Shown: positions 25,347 to 32,000 of the stretch, piece after piece
Layout: every line of letters begins with the position of its first letter
How positions within the stretch are numbered: position 1 is the stretch's first letter
Made by a program: the position numbers and the translations under genes
NCBI GenBank assembly: GCA_031316235.1
Contig: JALDRA010000002.1
Location: 60,001-92,000, forward strand
Direction of reading: 5' to 3'
From: Candidatus Scalindua sp.
GTDB lineage: Bacteria; Planctomycetota; Brocadiia; Brocadiales; Scalinduaceae
DNA length: 32,000 nt
The notes under the pieces: generated by a model
Seen by the model: the letters and a program-made list of their open reading frames with translations, nothing else
The model's database searches: none
What the model was told of the DNA's origin: nothing

Positions 25347-25500
25347 AGTACACTCCTTATGCAGATAATTTTTTAAAATGTAATCGGAATCTCTCTTGCT
25401 CCGAATATACGATTAGAACACATTATTACAATATTTCAATAATTATTTCAGATGTTCATAAATCTCGCGACTTAATATGCCAGGAACAATTAAATCCTTG

Positions 25501-25529
25501 TATACGAAAACCATTATCTGATGAGTATA
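25501..25529 (+). repeat. Minimal 29-bp TATAC-element (copy H)
   Basis: TATACGAAAACCATTATCTGATGAGTATA, flanked by G and C to give GTATAC palindromes at both ends. Confidence 0.8.
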
Positions 25530-25532
25530 CAT

Positions 25533-25753
25533 CAAAAAAGAGTCTCTCGCAAAGCCGCAGAGATCGCAAGGAAGAATGAATGAAAATGAAACAGGCAGGG
25601 TTGTGGTTGATGAGTCTATTGTTTCATATAATATTTTACAAAAAGAATTGGATCTCCAATTCAAAGCTTAATGATTTACGAATAGTAGGAGATACAATAG
25701 GTAAACAACTTTCAAGTCTCATAAATTCAATAAAGAAAACAATTACGAAATAA
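25533..25753 (+). pseudogene. 5'-truncated, frameshifted remnant of a four-helix-bundle (23S rRNA IVS protein / Avd family) gene
   Basis: The frames read IKKESLAKPQRSQGRMNENETGRVVVDESIVSYNILQKELDLQFKA, then (shifted) LNDLRIVGDTIGKQLSSLINSIKKTITK followed by a stop. The last 9 codons match the end of the ORF at 30991-31215 (AATTCAATAAAGAAAACAAT[T/C]ACGAAATAA, one synonymous difference). Confidence 0.55.
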
Positions 25754-25884
25754 CCCTGAACCATCAGCCATGAGCTATGAGCTATGAGCCATCAGCCATA
25801 AGCCATGAACCATCAGCCATCAACCCTGAACCTCTGAACTCAGAACCTTTGAACCTCTAAACGCTTAACCATGAACCATCAGCC
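25754..25884 (+). repeat. Degenerate heptanucleotide tandem array (CCATCAG / CCATGAG / CTATGAG / CCCTGAA units)
   Basis: Read directly from the sequence. It starts immediately after the pseudogene stop codon and contains CCTCTAAACGCTTAA, as the 21.4-kb array does. Confidence 0.9.
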
Positions 25885-25922
25885 GCATTTATTTGCTTTG
25901 CGTTCTTCGCGTCTTGGCGTGA

Positions 25923-26033
25923 TATACTAAAAACCAAAGCCCGGCTGCTGGTATCCCCGGACCAGGCACCGAGGACTTTACTCTCTCCGTTTCTCCTCGG
26001 ATTTGGTCCGAAAACCATTATAAGATGAGTATA
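25923..26033 (+). repeat. TATAC-element copy E (111 bp, first hairpin module absent)
   Basis: TATACTAAAAACCAAAGCCCGGCTGCTGGTATCCCCGGACCAGGCACCGAGGACTTTACTC...TCGGATTTGGTCCGAAAACCATTATAAGATGAGTATA. Confidence 0.9.
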
Positions 26034-26144
26034 CTACCCGGATACAAGGCAAGTAACAATTTCATATCTGAAATACACCCATGTACCTGAAGACTGCTGG
26101 GTAATTACAGGAACGCAGTAAATGGATAGTTTTCGTTACACTTA

Positions 26145-29100
26145 CTAATTAGCGTCATATAGCACTTCATTAGAATAACCACTTTCATTACCGGAACTGT
26201 TATAAGCAGTTACTGCAAGGTAATACGTTACGCCGCTTACAAGATCAGACAAGTCATATGTCGTTTGATTACCCACATCAATAATATCGTCATAATTGCT
26301 GCTTGAAATCCCATAGTATACTTTATAACCAGCAATGTCTTCCTCCGTGTTTTCATCCCAGGCAAGTATATCTGAATTCGTATCTAATACCGTTATCGTT
26401 ACATCCTGATAATCGGTTAATTCACCATCACTGACAGTGACTGTGACGGTATGGCCACCGGCGTCTTGAGCAGTTGTTGTGTAAGCACTTGAAGTCATCC
26501 AGCCGGAATAGGTATATGTCAGCGGATCATCATCCGGATCTGAGGCTGTGGGATTAAGGGTTATGGTCACTCCTTCGTTTACTACAATAGAGGGTATTGC
26601 GTCAAGTACCGGAGCACGATTTATGTTAGTAACCGTTACTGTAACAGACTGAGAATCCGATGCTGAACCGTCACTGACCGTTACCGTTACGGTATGATCA
26701 CCCGCATCATTATAAGAGGTCGTGTAACTTGCAGAAGTCATCCACCCGGAATAGCTGAATGCCAGCGCATCGCCATCAGGATCTGTTGCCGTAGGATTAA
26801 AGGTCACCGTATCACCCTCATTCACCGTGATATTGGTTAATGGATCCAGCACAGGCGCATTGTTCAATCCAGCCTCTTCCTGCTCTACTATTACAACGGT
26901 ATACATGCTCTTCCCGGCACCTTCATTACCACCCAGTGTAATCGTCCCTGAAATCACATTACTCGCATATAAGCTTAAGGTTGTATCCGTTGTTACAAGG
27001 TCTTCACCTATGTCAGTATAGGAGGATTCCAACCAGGATGGTTTCGGAGTTATGCGGTCATCATGAGCAACATACACGATAACGTCCTTATTGACATCAA
27101 AACTCAAAAATGATGAAGAGCTGGAGGCCTTGTCGTTGTTTGCCGTCTTGATGTAGGTGACACCTTCCATCCATACGGGTATTGCACTATAGGTATATCC
27201 ACGGTCAATGTATACCAATCCACCCTTCTGTAATCCATTTTCAACGATCTCATAGGCCTGGTTACTTGAGACAGTAAGGTTGGTAACAGATAGATCTGGT
27301 TCTGGTGTTATGTCCACATTGTTGACCGTTACCGTAACAGACTGAGAATCTGATGCTGCTCCGTCGCTGACGGTTACTGTTACGATATGATCCCCCGCAT
27401 CATCATAAGAGGTGCCATAACTTGCAGAGGTCATCCACCCGGAATAACTGAAGGTCAATGGGTCTCCGTCTGGATCGCTGGCTGTCGGGGCAAGAGTTAC
27501 CGTATCACCCTCATTTACCGTAACAGCCGTAAGATGGGCAAGTACCGGTGCCTGGTTAACATTGTTGACCGTTACCGTAACAGACTGGGTATCTGATGCT
27601 GTCCCGTCACTGACCGTTACCGTCACCGCATGATCACCCGCATCATTATAAGAGGTCGTGTAACTTGCAGAAGTCATCCACCCGGAATAGCTGAAGGTCA
27701 ATGGGTCTCCGTCTGGATCGCTGGCTGTCGGGGTAAGGGTTACCGTATCACCTTCATTAACCGTGATACCAGCTATATGATCCAATAGAGGAGCGGCATT
27801 CACATGAGCCATAACGTCAACTACCGTTATTGTTACGTCCTGAGAATCGATTGAAGCACCATCACTTACGGTTACTGTTACTGTGTGAGTTCCTGCATCG
27901 TTATAATTAGTTGTATAGCTCCTTGAAGTCATCCAGCCGGAATAACTGAAGGTCAAAGCGTCTCCATCTGGATCAGCAGCTGTAGGGGTAAGGGTTACCG
28001 TATCACCTTCTTCAACAATTACAACATTTTCCAGATCCTGTGCAACAAAAGATACTTCACCAGAGTAAATACTTTCATTACCTGATGAATCGTATGCGGT
28101 CACTGCCGCATAATAGGTTTCACCACTTATGAGACCAGAAAAGAGACAGTATGTCTGAATTCCAACATCAGTATGAGAACCATAATTTCCGCTTGCAGTC
28201 CCATAGTAAACTTTATAACCGGCAAGATCCTCTTCATTGTTAGGATCCCAAAACAATGTACCTTGAATATCTCCGCCAGTTCCAGAAATCGGATTGAGAA
28301 CAGGTGCACGATTAACATTATTCACCGTTATCGTAACAACCTGGGAATCTGATGCTGTCCCGTCACTGACCGTTACTGTCACAGTATGATCACCCGCATC
28401 ATCATAAGAGGTCGTGTAACTTGCAGAGGTCATCCACCCGGAATAGCTGAAGGTCAGGGTGTCTCCGTCTGCATCCGTTGCTGTCGGGGCAAGGGTCACC
28501 GTATCTCCCTCATTTACCATAACAGGCGAGAGAGTGGAAAGTACCGGTGCCTGGTTAACATTATTCACCGTTATCGTAACAACCTGGGTATCTGATGCTG
28601 TACCGTCACTGACTGTTACGGTCACAGCGTGATCACCCGCATCATCATGAGTTGTTGTGTAACTTGCAGAGGTCATCCACCCGGAATAGCTGAAGGTCAG
28701 GGTGTCTCCGTCTGCATCCGTTGCTGTCGGGGCAAGGGTCACCGTATCTCCCTCATTTACCGTAATCCCACTTAATGGATCCAGCACGGGTGCATTGTTC
28801 ACTTCCGCCACTTCCTGCCCTACTATTACGAAGGTATACATGCTCTTCCCGGAACCTTCATTACCACCAAGAGTAATGGTTCCTGAAATCACATTACTCG
28901 CATATAAGCTTAAGGTTGTATCCGTTGTTACAAGGTTTTCACCTATGTCGGTAAAGGAGGATTTCAACCAGGATGGTTTCGGAGTTATGCGGTCATCATG
29001 AGCAACATACACGATAACATCCTTATTGACATCAAAACTCAAAAATGATGAAGAGTTTGAAGATTTGTCGTTGTTTGCCGTATTGATGTAGGTGGCACCT

Positions 29101-29891
29101 TCCAGCCATACCGGTATTGCACTATAGGTATATCCACGGTCAATGTATACCAATCCACCATTCTGTAATCCATTTTCAACGATTTTATAGGCCTTGTTAC
29201 TTGAGACAGTAAGGTTGGTAACAGAAACATTTGGCACTGGCGTGATGTCCGCATCATTAACCGTTATCGTTATACTTTCCGAATCTGTCTCTTTACTGTC
29301 ACTTACGTGAAAGGTTACATTAGAATATGTTCCTGCCTGACTATAGGTTGGCGTCCATGAAAATGTTCTGCTGTTTTCATCAAAGCTCGCACCACTGGGG
29401 AGATTGCTTGCCGTATAAGCAAGTGTATCTCCTTCTGGATCTGTAGCGGAAATAATCAAGTTTAATGCCTGGTTTTCATTAACAGTTTTATTGCCGATCG
29501 CTGTTAATACCGGGGGAGAGTTAACTGATGTCAGATCGTTATAAACCACCTCATTAGAGTAAGTGCTTTCATTACCGGAGAAATCGTATGCCGTTACTGC
29601 CAGATAATAATCATTCCCGTCTCCAAGACCCGTAAGTGTGTAACTGGTCTGATTACCAACATCTTCATGAGAATTATAATTCCCACTTGACGTTCCGTAG
29701 TGTACTTTATAACCGGCAAGGTCATCTTCACTGTTTGGGTCCCATAATAACATATCAGCTTGCGCCGAACACAAATTGGATGTATTGATCAAAATCGCAA
29801 GGGTTAGTACGACAAAGGATATGATAGTGGAAATGGAGCAACGAAAATGGAGTGTTCTTGCAAGTTGCGATAAGACATTTTTTTGTGACAT
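26145..29891 (-). CDS. Large secreted repeat protein: 3 FN3-like modules, 8 cadherin-like/He_PIG-type Ig modules, and 2 copies of a ~150-aa uncharacterised beta-sandwich-like module
   Basis: 1248 aa with an N-terminal signal-like segment. FN3 pattern: WDPN.E.DLAGYKV.YG...YY.AVTAYD.SGNES.YS.EV. Cadherin-like pattern: VNEGDTVTL.PTA.D.DGD.LTFSYSGWMTS.SYTT...DAGDH.VTVTVSDG. No recognisable C-terminal anchor. Confidence 0.9.
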   Translation of the reverse strand: MSQKNVLSQLARTLHFRCSISTIISFVVLTLAILINTSNLCSAQADMLLWDPNSEDDLAGYKVHYGTSSGNYNSHEDVGNQTSYTLTGLGDGNDYYLAVTAYDFSGNESTYSNEVVYNDLTSVNSPPVLTAIGNKTVNENQALNLIISATDPEGDTLAYTASNLPSGASFDENSRTFSWTPTYSQAGTYSNVTFHVSDSKETDSESITITVNDADITPVPNVSVTNLTVSSNKAYKIVENGLQNGGLVYIDRGYTYSAIPVWLEGATYINTANNDKSSNSSSFLSFDVNKDVIVYVAHDDRITPKPSWLKSSFTDIGENLVTTDTTLSLYASNVISGTITLGGNEGSGKSMYTFVIVGQEVAEVNNAPVLDPLSGITVNEGDTVTLAPTATDADGDTLTFSYSGWMTSASYTTTHDDAGDHAVTVTVSDGTASDTQVVTITVNNVNQAPVLSTLSPVMVNEGDTVTLAPTATDADGDTLTFSYSGWMTSASYTTSYDDAGDHTVTVTVSDGTASDSQVVTITVNNVNRAPVLNPISGTGGDIQGTLFWDPNNEEDLAGYKVYYGTASGNYGSHTDVGIQTYCLFSGLISGETYYAAVTAYDSSGNESIYSGEVSFVAQDLENVVIVEEGDTVTLTPTAADPDGDALTFSYSGWMTSRSYTTNYNDAGTHTVTVTVSDGASIDSQDVTITVVDVMAHVNAAPLLDHIAGITVNEGDTVTLTPTASDPDGDPLTFSYSGWMTSASYTTSYNDAGDHAVTVTVSDGTASDTQSVTVTVNNVNQAPVLAHLTAVTVNEGDTVTLAPTASDPDGDPLTFSYSGWMTSASYGTSYDDAGDHIVTVTVSDGAASDSQSVTVTVNNVDITPEPDLSVTNLTVSSNQAYEIVENGLQKGGLVYIDRGYTYSAIPVWMEGVTYIKTANNDKASSSSSFLSFDVNKDVIVYVAHDDRITPKPSWLESSYTDIGEDLVTTDTTLSLYASNVISGTITLGGNEGAGKSMYTVVIVEQEEAGLNNAPVLDPLTNITVNEGDTVTFNPTATDPDGDALAFSYSGWMTSASYTTSYNDAGDHTVTVTVSDGSASDSQSVTVTVTNINRAPVLDAIPSIVVNEGVTITLNPTASDPDDDPLTYTYSGWMTSSAYTTTAQDAGGHTVTVTVSDGELTDYQDVTITVLDTNSDILAWDENTEEDIAGYKVYYGISSSNYDDIIDVGNQTTYDLSDLVSGVTYYLAVTAYNSSGNESGYSNEVLYDAN

Positions 29892-29892
29892 G

Positions 29893-29942
29893 ACAGTATC
29901 TCCTATTTGTAGCCCAGCAACGACAGGTTAAAGAGATACTGT
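29893..29942 (-). promoter_or_regulatory. Hairpin that sequesters the Shine-Dalgarno sequence in the 5' leader of the large surface-protein gene
   Basis: A perfect 10-bp inverted repeat, 29893-29902 with 29933-29942. In the mRNA it reads ACAGUAUCUC, a 30-nt loop, then (G)GAGAUACUGU-C-AUG. The GGAGA ribosome-binding site forms the 3' arm. Confidence 0.45.
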
Positions 29943-30065
29943 ATTGCCTGGCAGCTTTGCAACCGTATCCTAAAATAGAGGACGTAGGCCTAAGTTTTGC
30001 GTCCTGCCCTTTCGAACAGTTTGCCTTTTTCAGGTTTTTATTAGATTTTTGTTATTTCTCAGTTA

Positions 30066-30206
30066 TATACTAACACCAATCTGGTTTTAGATTTTTCTAA
30101 AAACCAAAGCCTGGTTAATGGTATCCCCGGACAACCAGGTGCCGAGGACTTTACTCATTCCGTTTTTTCTCGGATTTTATTTGAAATCCATTATATGACG
30201 AGTATA
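30066..30206 (+). repeat. TATAC-element copy F (141 bp, best-preserved subfamily-1 copy)
   Basis: TATACTAACACCAATCTGGTTTTAGATTTTTCTAAAAACCAAAGCCTGGTTAATGGTATCCCCGGACAACCAGGTGCCGAGGACTTTACTCATTCCGTTTTTTCTCGGATTTTATTTGAAATCCATTATATGACGAGTATA. Confidence 0.9.
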
Positions 30207-30726
30207 AATTCGTTTTCATGTCTCGTAGCATAAGTTGTTAACGTTACGCAAATGTAATGCCTCAACAAAACTTACCGTGACAAGTATATAATTGTTCTTG
30301 AAGAGATACCGTGTGGTGGAACAAAGACTTTCCAGATACAAGGCGCGTAATAATTTGATAACCTGAAGTTAATCATGTGCTTGAGGATACTGGAATTAAT
30401 AACGCAGCGCAGTAAATGGATCCTTTTCGTTCAAGCACTATAGAAAACAGCTGATCAAATAAACATTTTAACAGCACATTTATTTGTTACTAAATATAGA
30501 GGGTAAGTTGATTTTATAAACACCATGATGCTTTATTAGTTATTGCCGCTTGGTTTTTGTCTTATAGCGGTAAGAAAATATTTAATGCTTAAAAACTTTG
30601 GTTACCTGGTATTATCGTGACAATCCCAAAAATCATTAGCAAGAAAATAACAAACTTCAAGATCAAAGAGTTCAGCAGTTAACGGATGTTGAAGGATTCA
30701 GGATAGAGTTGAATGCTCACAGGATG

Positions 30727-30755
30727 TGTACGAAAACCATTATCCGATGAGTATA
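30727..30755 (+). repeat. Minimal 29-bp TATAC-element (copy I)
   Basis: TGTACGAAAACCATTATCCGATGAGTATA, differing from copy H at only 2 positions. Confidence 0.75.
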
Positions 30756-30950
30756 AAACTCACAATGACATGATTTGTTTCGATATACCCATTGTGAATT
30801 ACACCGGTAAAAAATAAGTTTTGGGAAAAACTCAATTGCTGGTGCGGGCAGAGTGGTAAACCAGAGACGTCCCTTCAAACTCTATAGCAGCCGGTAACAC
30901 AGTCCGTTTTATCAGAAAAATTTAAAAACATTCATTCGCAGATTACACAG

Positions 30951-30990
30951 AGCTCATGGTTGATAGCTCATAGTTCATAGCTGATGGTTA
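30951..30990 (-). repeat. Heptamer array in inverted orientation, abutting the start of the four-helix-bundle ORF
   Basis: The reverse complement reads CCATCAT TAACCAT CAGCTAT GAACTAT GAGCTAT CAACCAT GAGCT, the same unit family as 25754-25884 and 31216-31350. Confidence 0.75.
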
Positions 30991-31215
30991 ATGATGGAGA
31001 AAATGTGTGAAACAAAGTTTAGTTTTGAAGATTTAGATGTCTGGCAAAAATCTATAGATTTTGCAGTGAGTGTTATTGGCATTGCAGATACAATGAATTC
31101 TGATCGCAATCATTATAGATTGATAGAACAATTAGAATCATCCCCAACATCAATTTCAGCAAATATTGCTGAAGGTAAATGGCGTAATTCAATAAAGAAA
31201 ACAATCACGAAATAA
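30991..31215 (+). CDS. Truncated four-helix-bundle protein (23S rRNA intervening-sequence protein / DGR Avd family), an in-frame internal deletion derivative
   Basis: FSFEDLDVWQKSIDF...HYRLIEQLESSPTSISANIAEGKWRNS matches the family pattern F.DL.VWQK......Y.L..Q..R...SI..NIAEG..R.S. A typical family member runs about 115-125 aa, whereas this ORF has 74 aa and jumps directly to the C-terminal IKKTITK. Confidence 0.7.
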   Translation: MMEKMCETKFSFEDLDVWQKSIDFAVSVIGIADTMNSDRNHYRLIEQLESSPTSISANIAEGKWRNSIKKTITK

Positions 31216-31350
31216 TTATCAACCATCAGCCATCAACCATAAACTTCTGAAGGCTGAACGCTTAAACATAAACCATAAACCATGAGCCCTGAGCCATCAG
31301 CCATCAGCCATCAGCCATGAACCATGAGCTTTAATCTTTGAGCCTTTGGC
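31216..31350 (+). repeat. Degenerate heptanucleotide tandem array immediately after the four-helix-bundle ORF
   Basis: TTATCAA CCATCAG CCATCAA CCATAAA ... CCATGAG CCCTGAG CCATCAG CCATCAG CCATCAG CCATGAA CCATGAG, read directly from the sequence. Confidence 0.9.
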
Positions 31351-31404
31351 TTTGTTTGTTTTTATACTTTTTAGATTTGACCCATTGCCCTTTCAGCCTT
31401 TAAC

Positions 31405-31467
31405 TATGCCATGAGCTATGATCCATCAGCCATCAGCCATGAACCATCAGCCATGAACCATGAACCA
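31405..31467 (+). repeat. Second downstream heptamer array
   Basis: CCATGAG CTATGAT CCATCAG CCATCAG CCATGAA CCATCAG CCATGAA CCATGAA. It is preceded by TTTGACC...CCTTTCAG, the same leader seen before the 21.3-kb array. Confidence 0.85.
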
Positions 31468-31648
31468 GGTGCAAAATAACAGGTGGCTGCCTGCTGTCAT
31501 GACAGTACAACTGGGGCAGAAAACGAGGTTATAAACGATGTAGTTGATACGACAAGTCGCAGTTTACAAAACCAGATAGTTGCTGATTTTTCGAAATTGT
31601 GCATGATGTTATTTATCCAACTGTTGAGCCTTAAACCTGGCAGCTTGT

Positions 31649-32000
31649 TCACGGTGTTACCATCACTGATACCGTGGCCTCATTTGAAGTAGAACCAAAA
31701 TTGTCACGGACCGTATACCTGAAAGTATCGACACCTGAGTACCCTGATTGAGGAGTGTACGTTATCGTACCGTCCCAATTATTTACTAACATACCGTTGG
31801 CCGCAAAGCTCAGGATAACTACCGTAAAAGGATCAACATTGCCGTCGTGATCTATGTCATTGGCAATAACATTAATGCTGACGGGAGTATCCCCATTTAT
31901 TGCTATAGAATCGTCAACTGCAATCGGTGGTTGATTCCCAATGATATCGTTTGTATATTGCACCTCATTAGAGTAAGCACTTTCCCTACTGTAAAAATCA
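31649..32000 (-). CDS. C-terminal end of a second FN3/cadherin-like (VCBS-type) repeat surface protein; the 5' part is beyond the right edge
   Basis: The frame is open to the window edge. It reads ...DFYSRESAYSNEVQYTND (end of an FN3 module) then PPIAVDDSIAINGDTPVSINVIANDIDHDGNVDPFTV...GTITYTPQSGYSGVDTFRYTV.D..G..S..A.V.V.V, a cadherin-like/VCBS pattern. Confidence 0.8.
   Translation of the reverse strand, partial: DFYSRESAYSNEVQYTNDIIGNQPPIAVDDSIAINGDTPVSINVIANDIDHDGNVDPFTVVILSFAANGMLVNNWDGTITYTPQSGYSGVDTFRYTVRDNFGSTSNEATVSVMVTP

Noticed and set aside
25501-25529. Hammerhead-ribozyme-like core: copy H contains CTGATGAG next to GTATAC, and GTATAC-GAAA at the other end.
   Set aside because: The CUGAUGA box is present only in this copy. 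Other copies read AAGATGA, GAGATGA, ACGATGA, CCGATGA or ATATGA at the same place, so the invariant C3/U4 of a hammerhead are not conserved. No consistent stems I-III can be drawn.
26827-29001. Antisense and out-of-frame ORFs inside the 1248-aa gene (26827..27021, 27387..27596, 28386..28595, 28702..29001, 28127..28318, 29039..29257).
   Set aside because: They recur only because the underlying coding repeats recur. Their translations are low-complexity and have no independent support.
30991-31215. Diversity-generating retroelement: an Avd-family four-helix-bundle ORF lying between two repeat-rich surface-protein genes.
   Set aside because: The window has no reverse transcriptase and no template/variable repeat pair with adenine-specific differences. 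The ORF is truncated, and the adhesin repeat differences are not concentrated at A positions or in a C-terminal variable region. The family also contains many non-DGR members.
31483-31692. 69-aa plus-strand ORF downstream of the heptamer arrays.
   Set aside because: It overlaps the 3' end of the minus-strand cadherin-like gene, has no ribosome-binding site and no recognisable motif.

Overview
This is a 32-kb, AT-rich bacterial chromosomal window (about 40% GC by eye, not computed). The proteins give me the impression of a Planctomycetota genome, possibly anammox/Brocadiales-like: a GGM-tailed plus a tail-less GroEL, a membrane pyrophosphatase, and giant FN3/cadherin-like surface proteins. That impression cannot be verified without a database search.

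Coding content is mostly housekeeping.
- Minus strand: der; a polytopic membrane protein; a chaperone supercluster (groEL-groES-groEL, then dnaJ, then grpE-fmdB-yacG, with no dnaK); a DtxR/FeoA-type regulator; and a triple-PAS hybrid histidine kinase.
- Plus strand: ABC-2 ATPase and permease, a membrane-anchored helical protein, a K+-dependent-type membrane pyrophosphatase, a double zinc-ribbon protein, and rsfS.
- Then an archaemetzincin-like metalloprotease, a PatB/MalY-type C-S lyase and an FKBP/Mip-type isomerase.
- The right third holds a 1248-aa FN3/cadherin-like repeat surface protein and the 3' end of a second one.

I recognise no rRNA, tRNA, CRISPR array, transposase, integrase, reverse transcriptase or known defence system.

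The unusual part is the non-coding DNA. (1) A hairpin-rich interspersed element of about 140 bp, with TATAC...GTATA termini, occurs as at least 7 long, 3 minimal (29 bp) and 2 partial copies. All are intergenic, and two lie inside operons. (2) Degenerate heptanucleotide tandem arrays (CCATCAG/CCATGAG/CCCTGAA type) occur at six places. (3) Three intact-to-decayed copies of a four-helix-bundle gene (the 23S rRNA intervening-sequence protein / DGR Avd family) are physically coupled to both repeat types in a recurring composite cassette. That composite is the best candidate here for something undescribed. It is a repeat/selfish-cassette system, not a clear multi-gene functional system, and I cannot show mobility or function from sequence alone.
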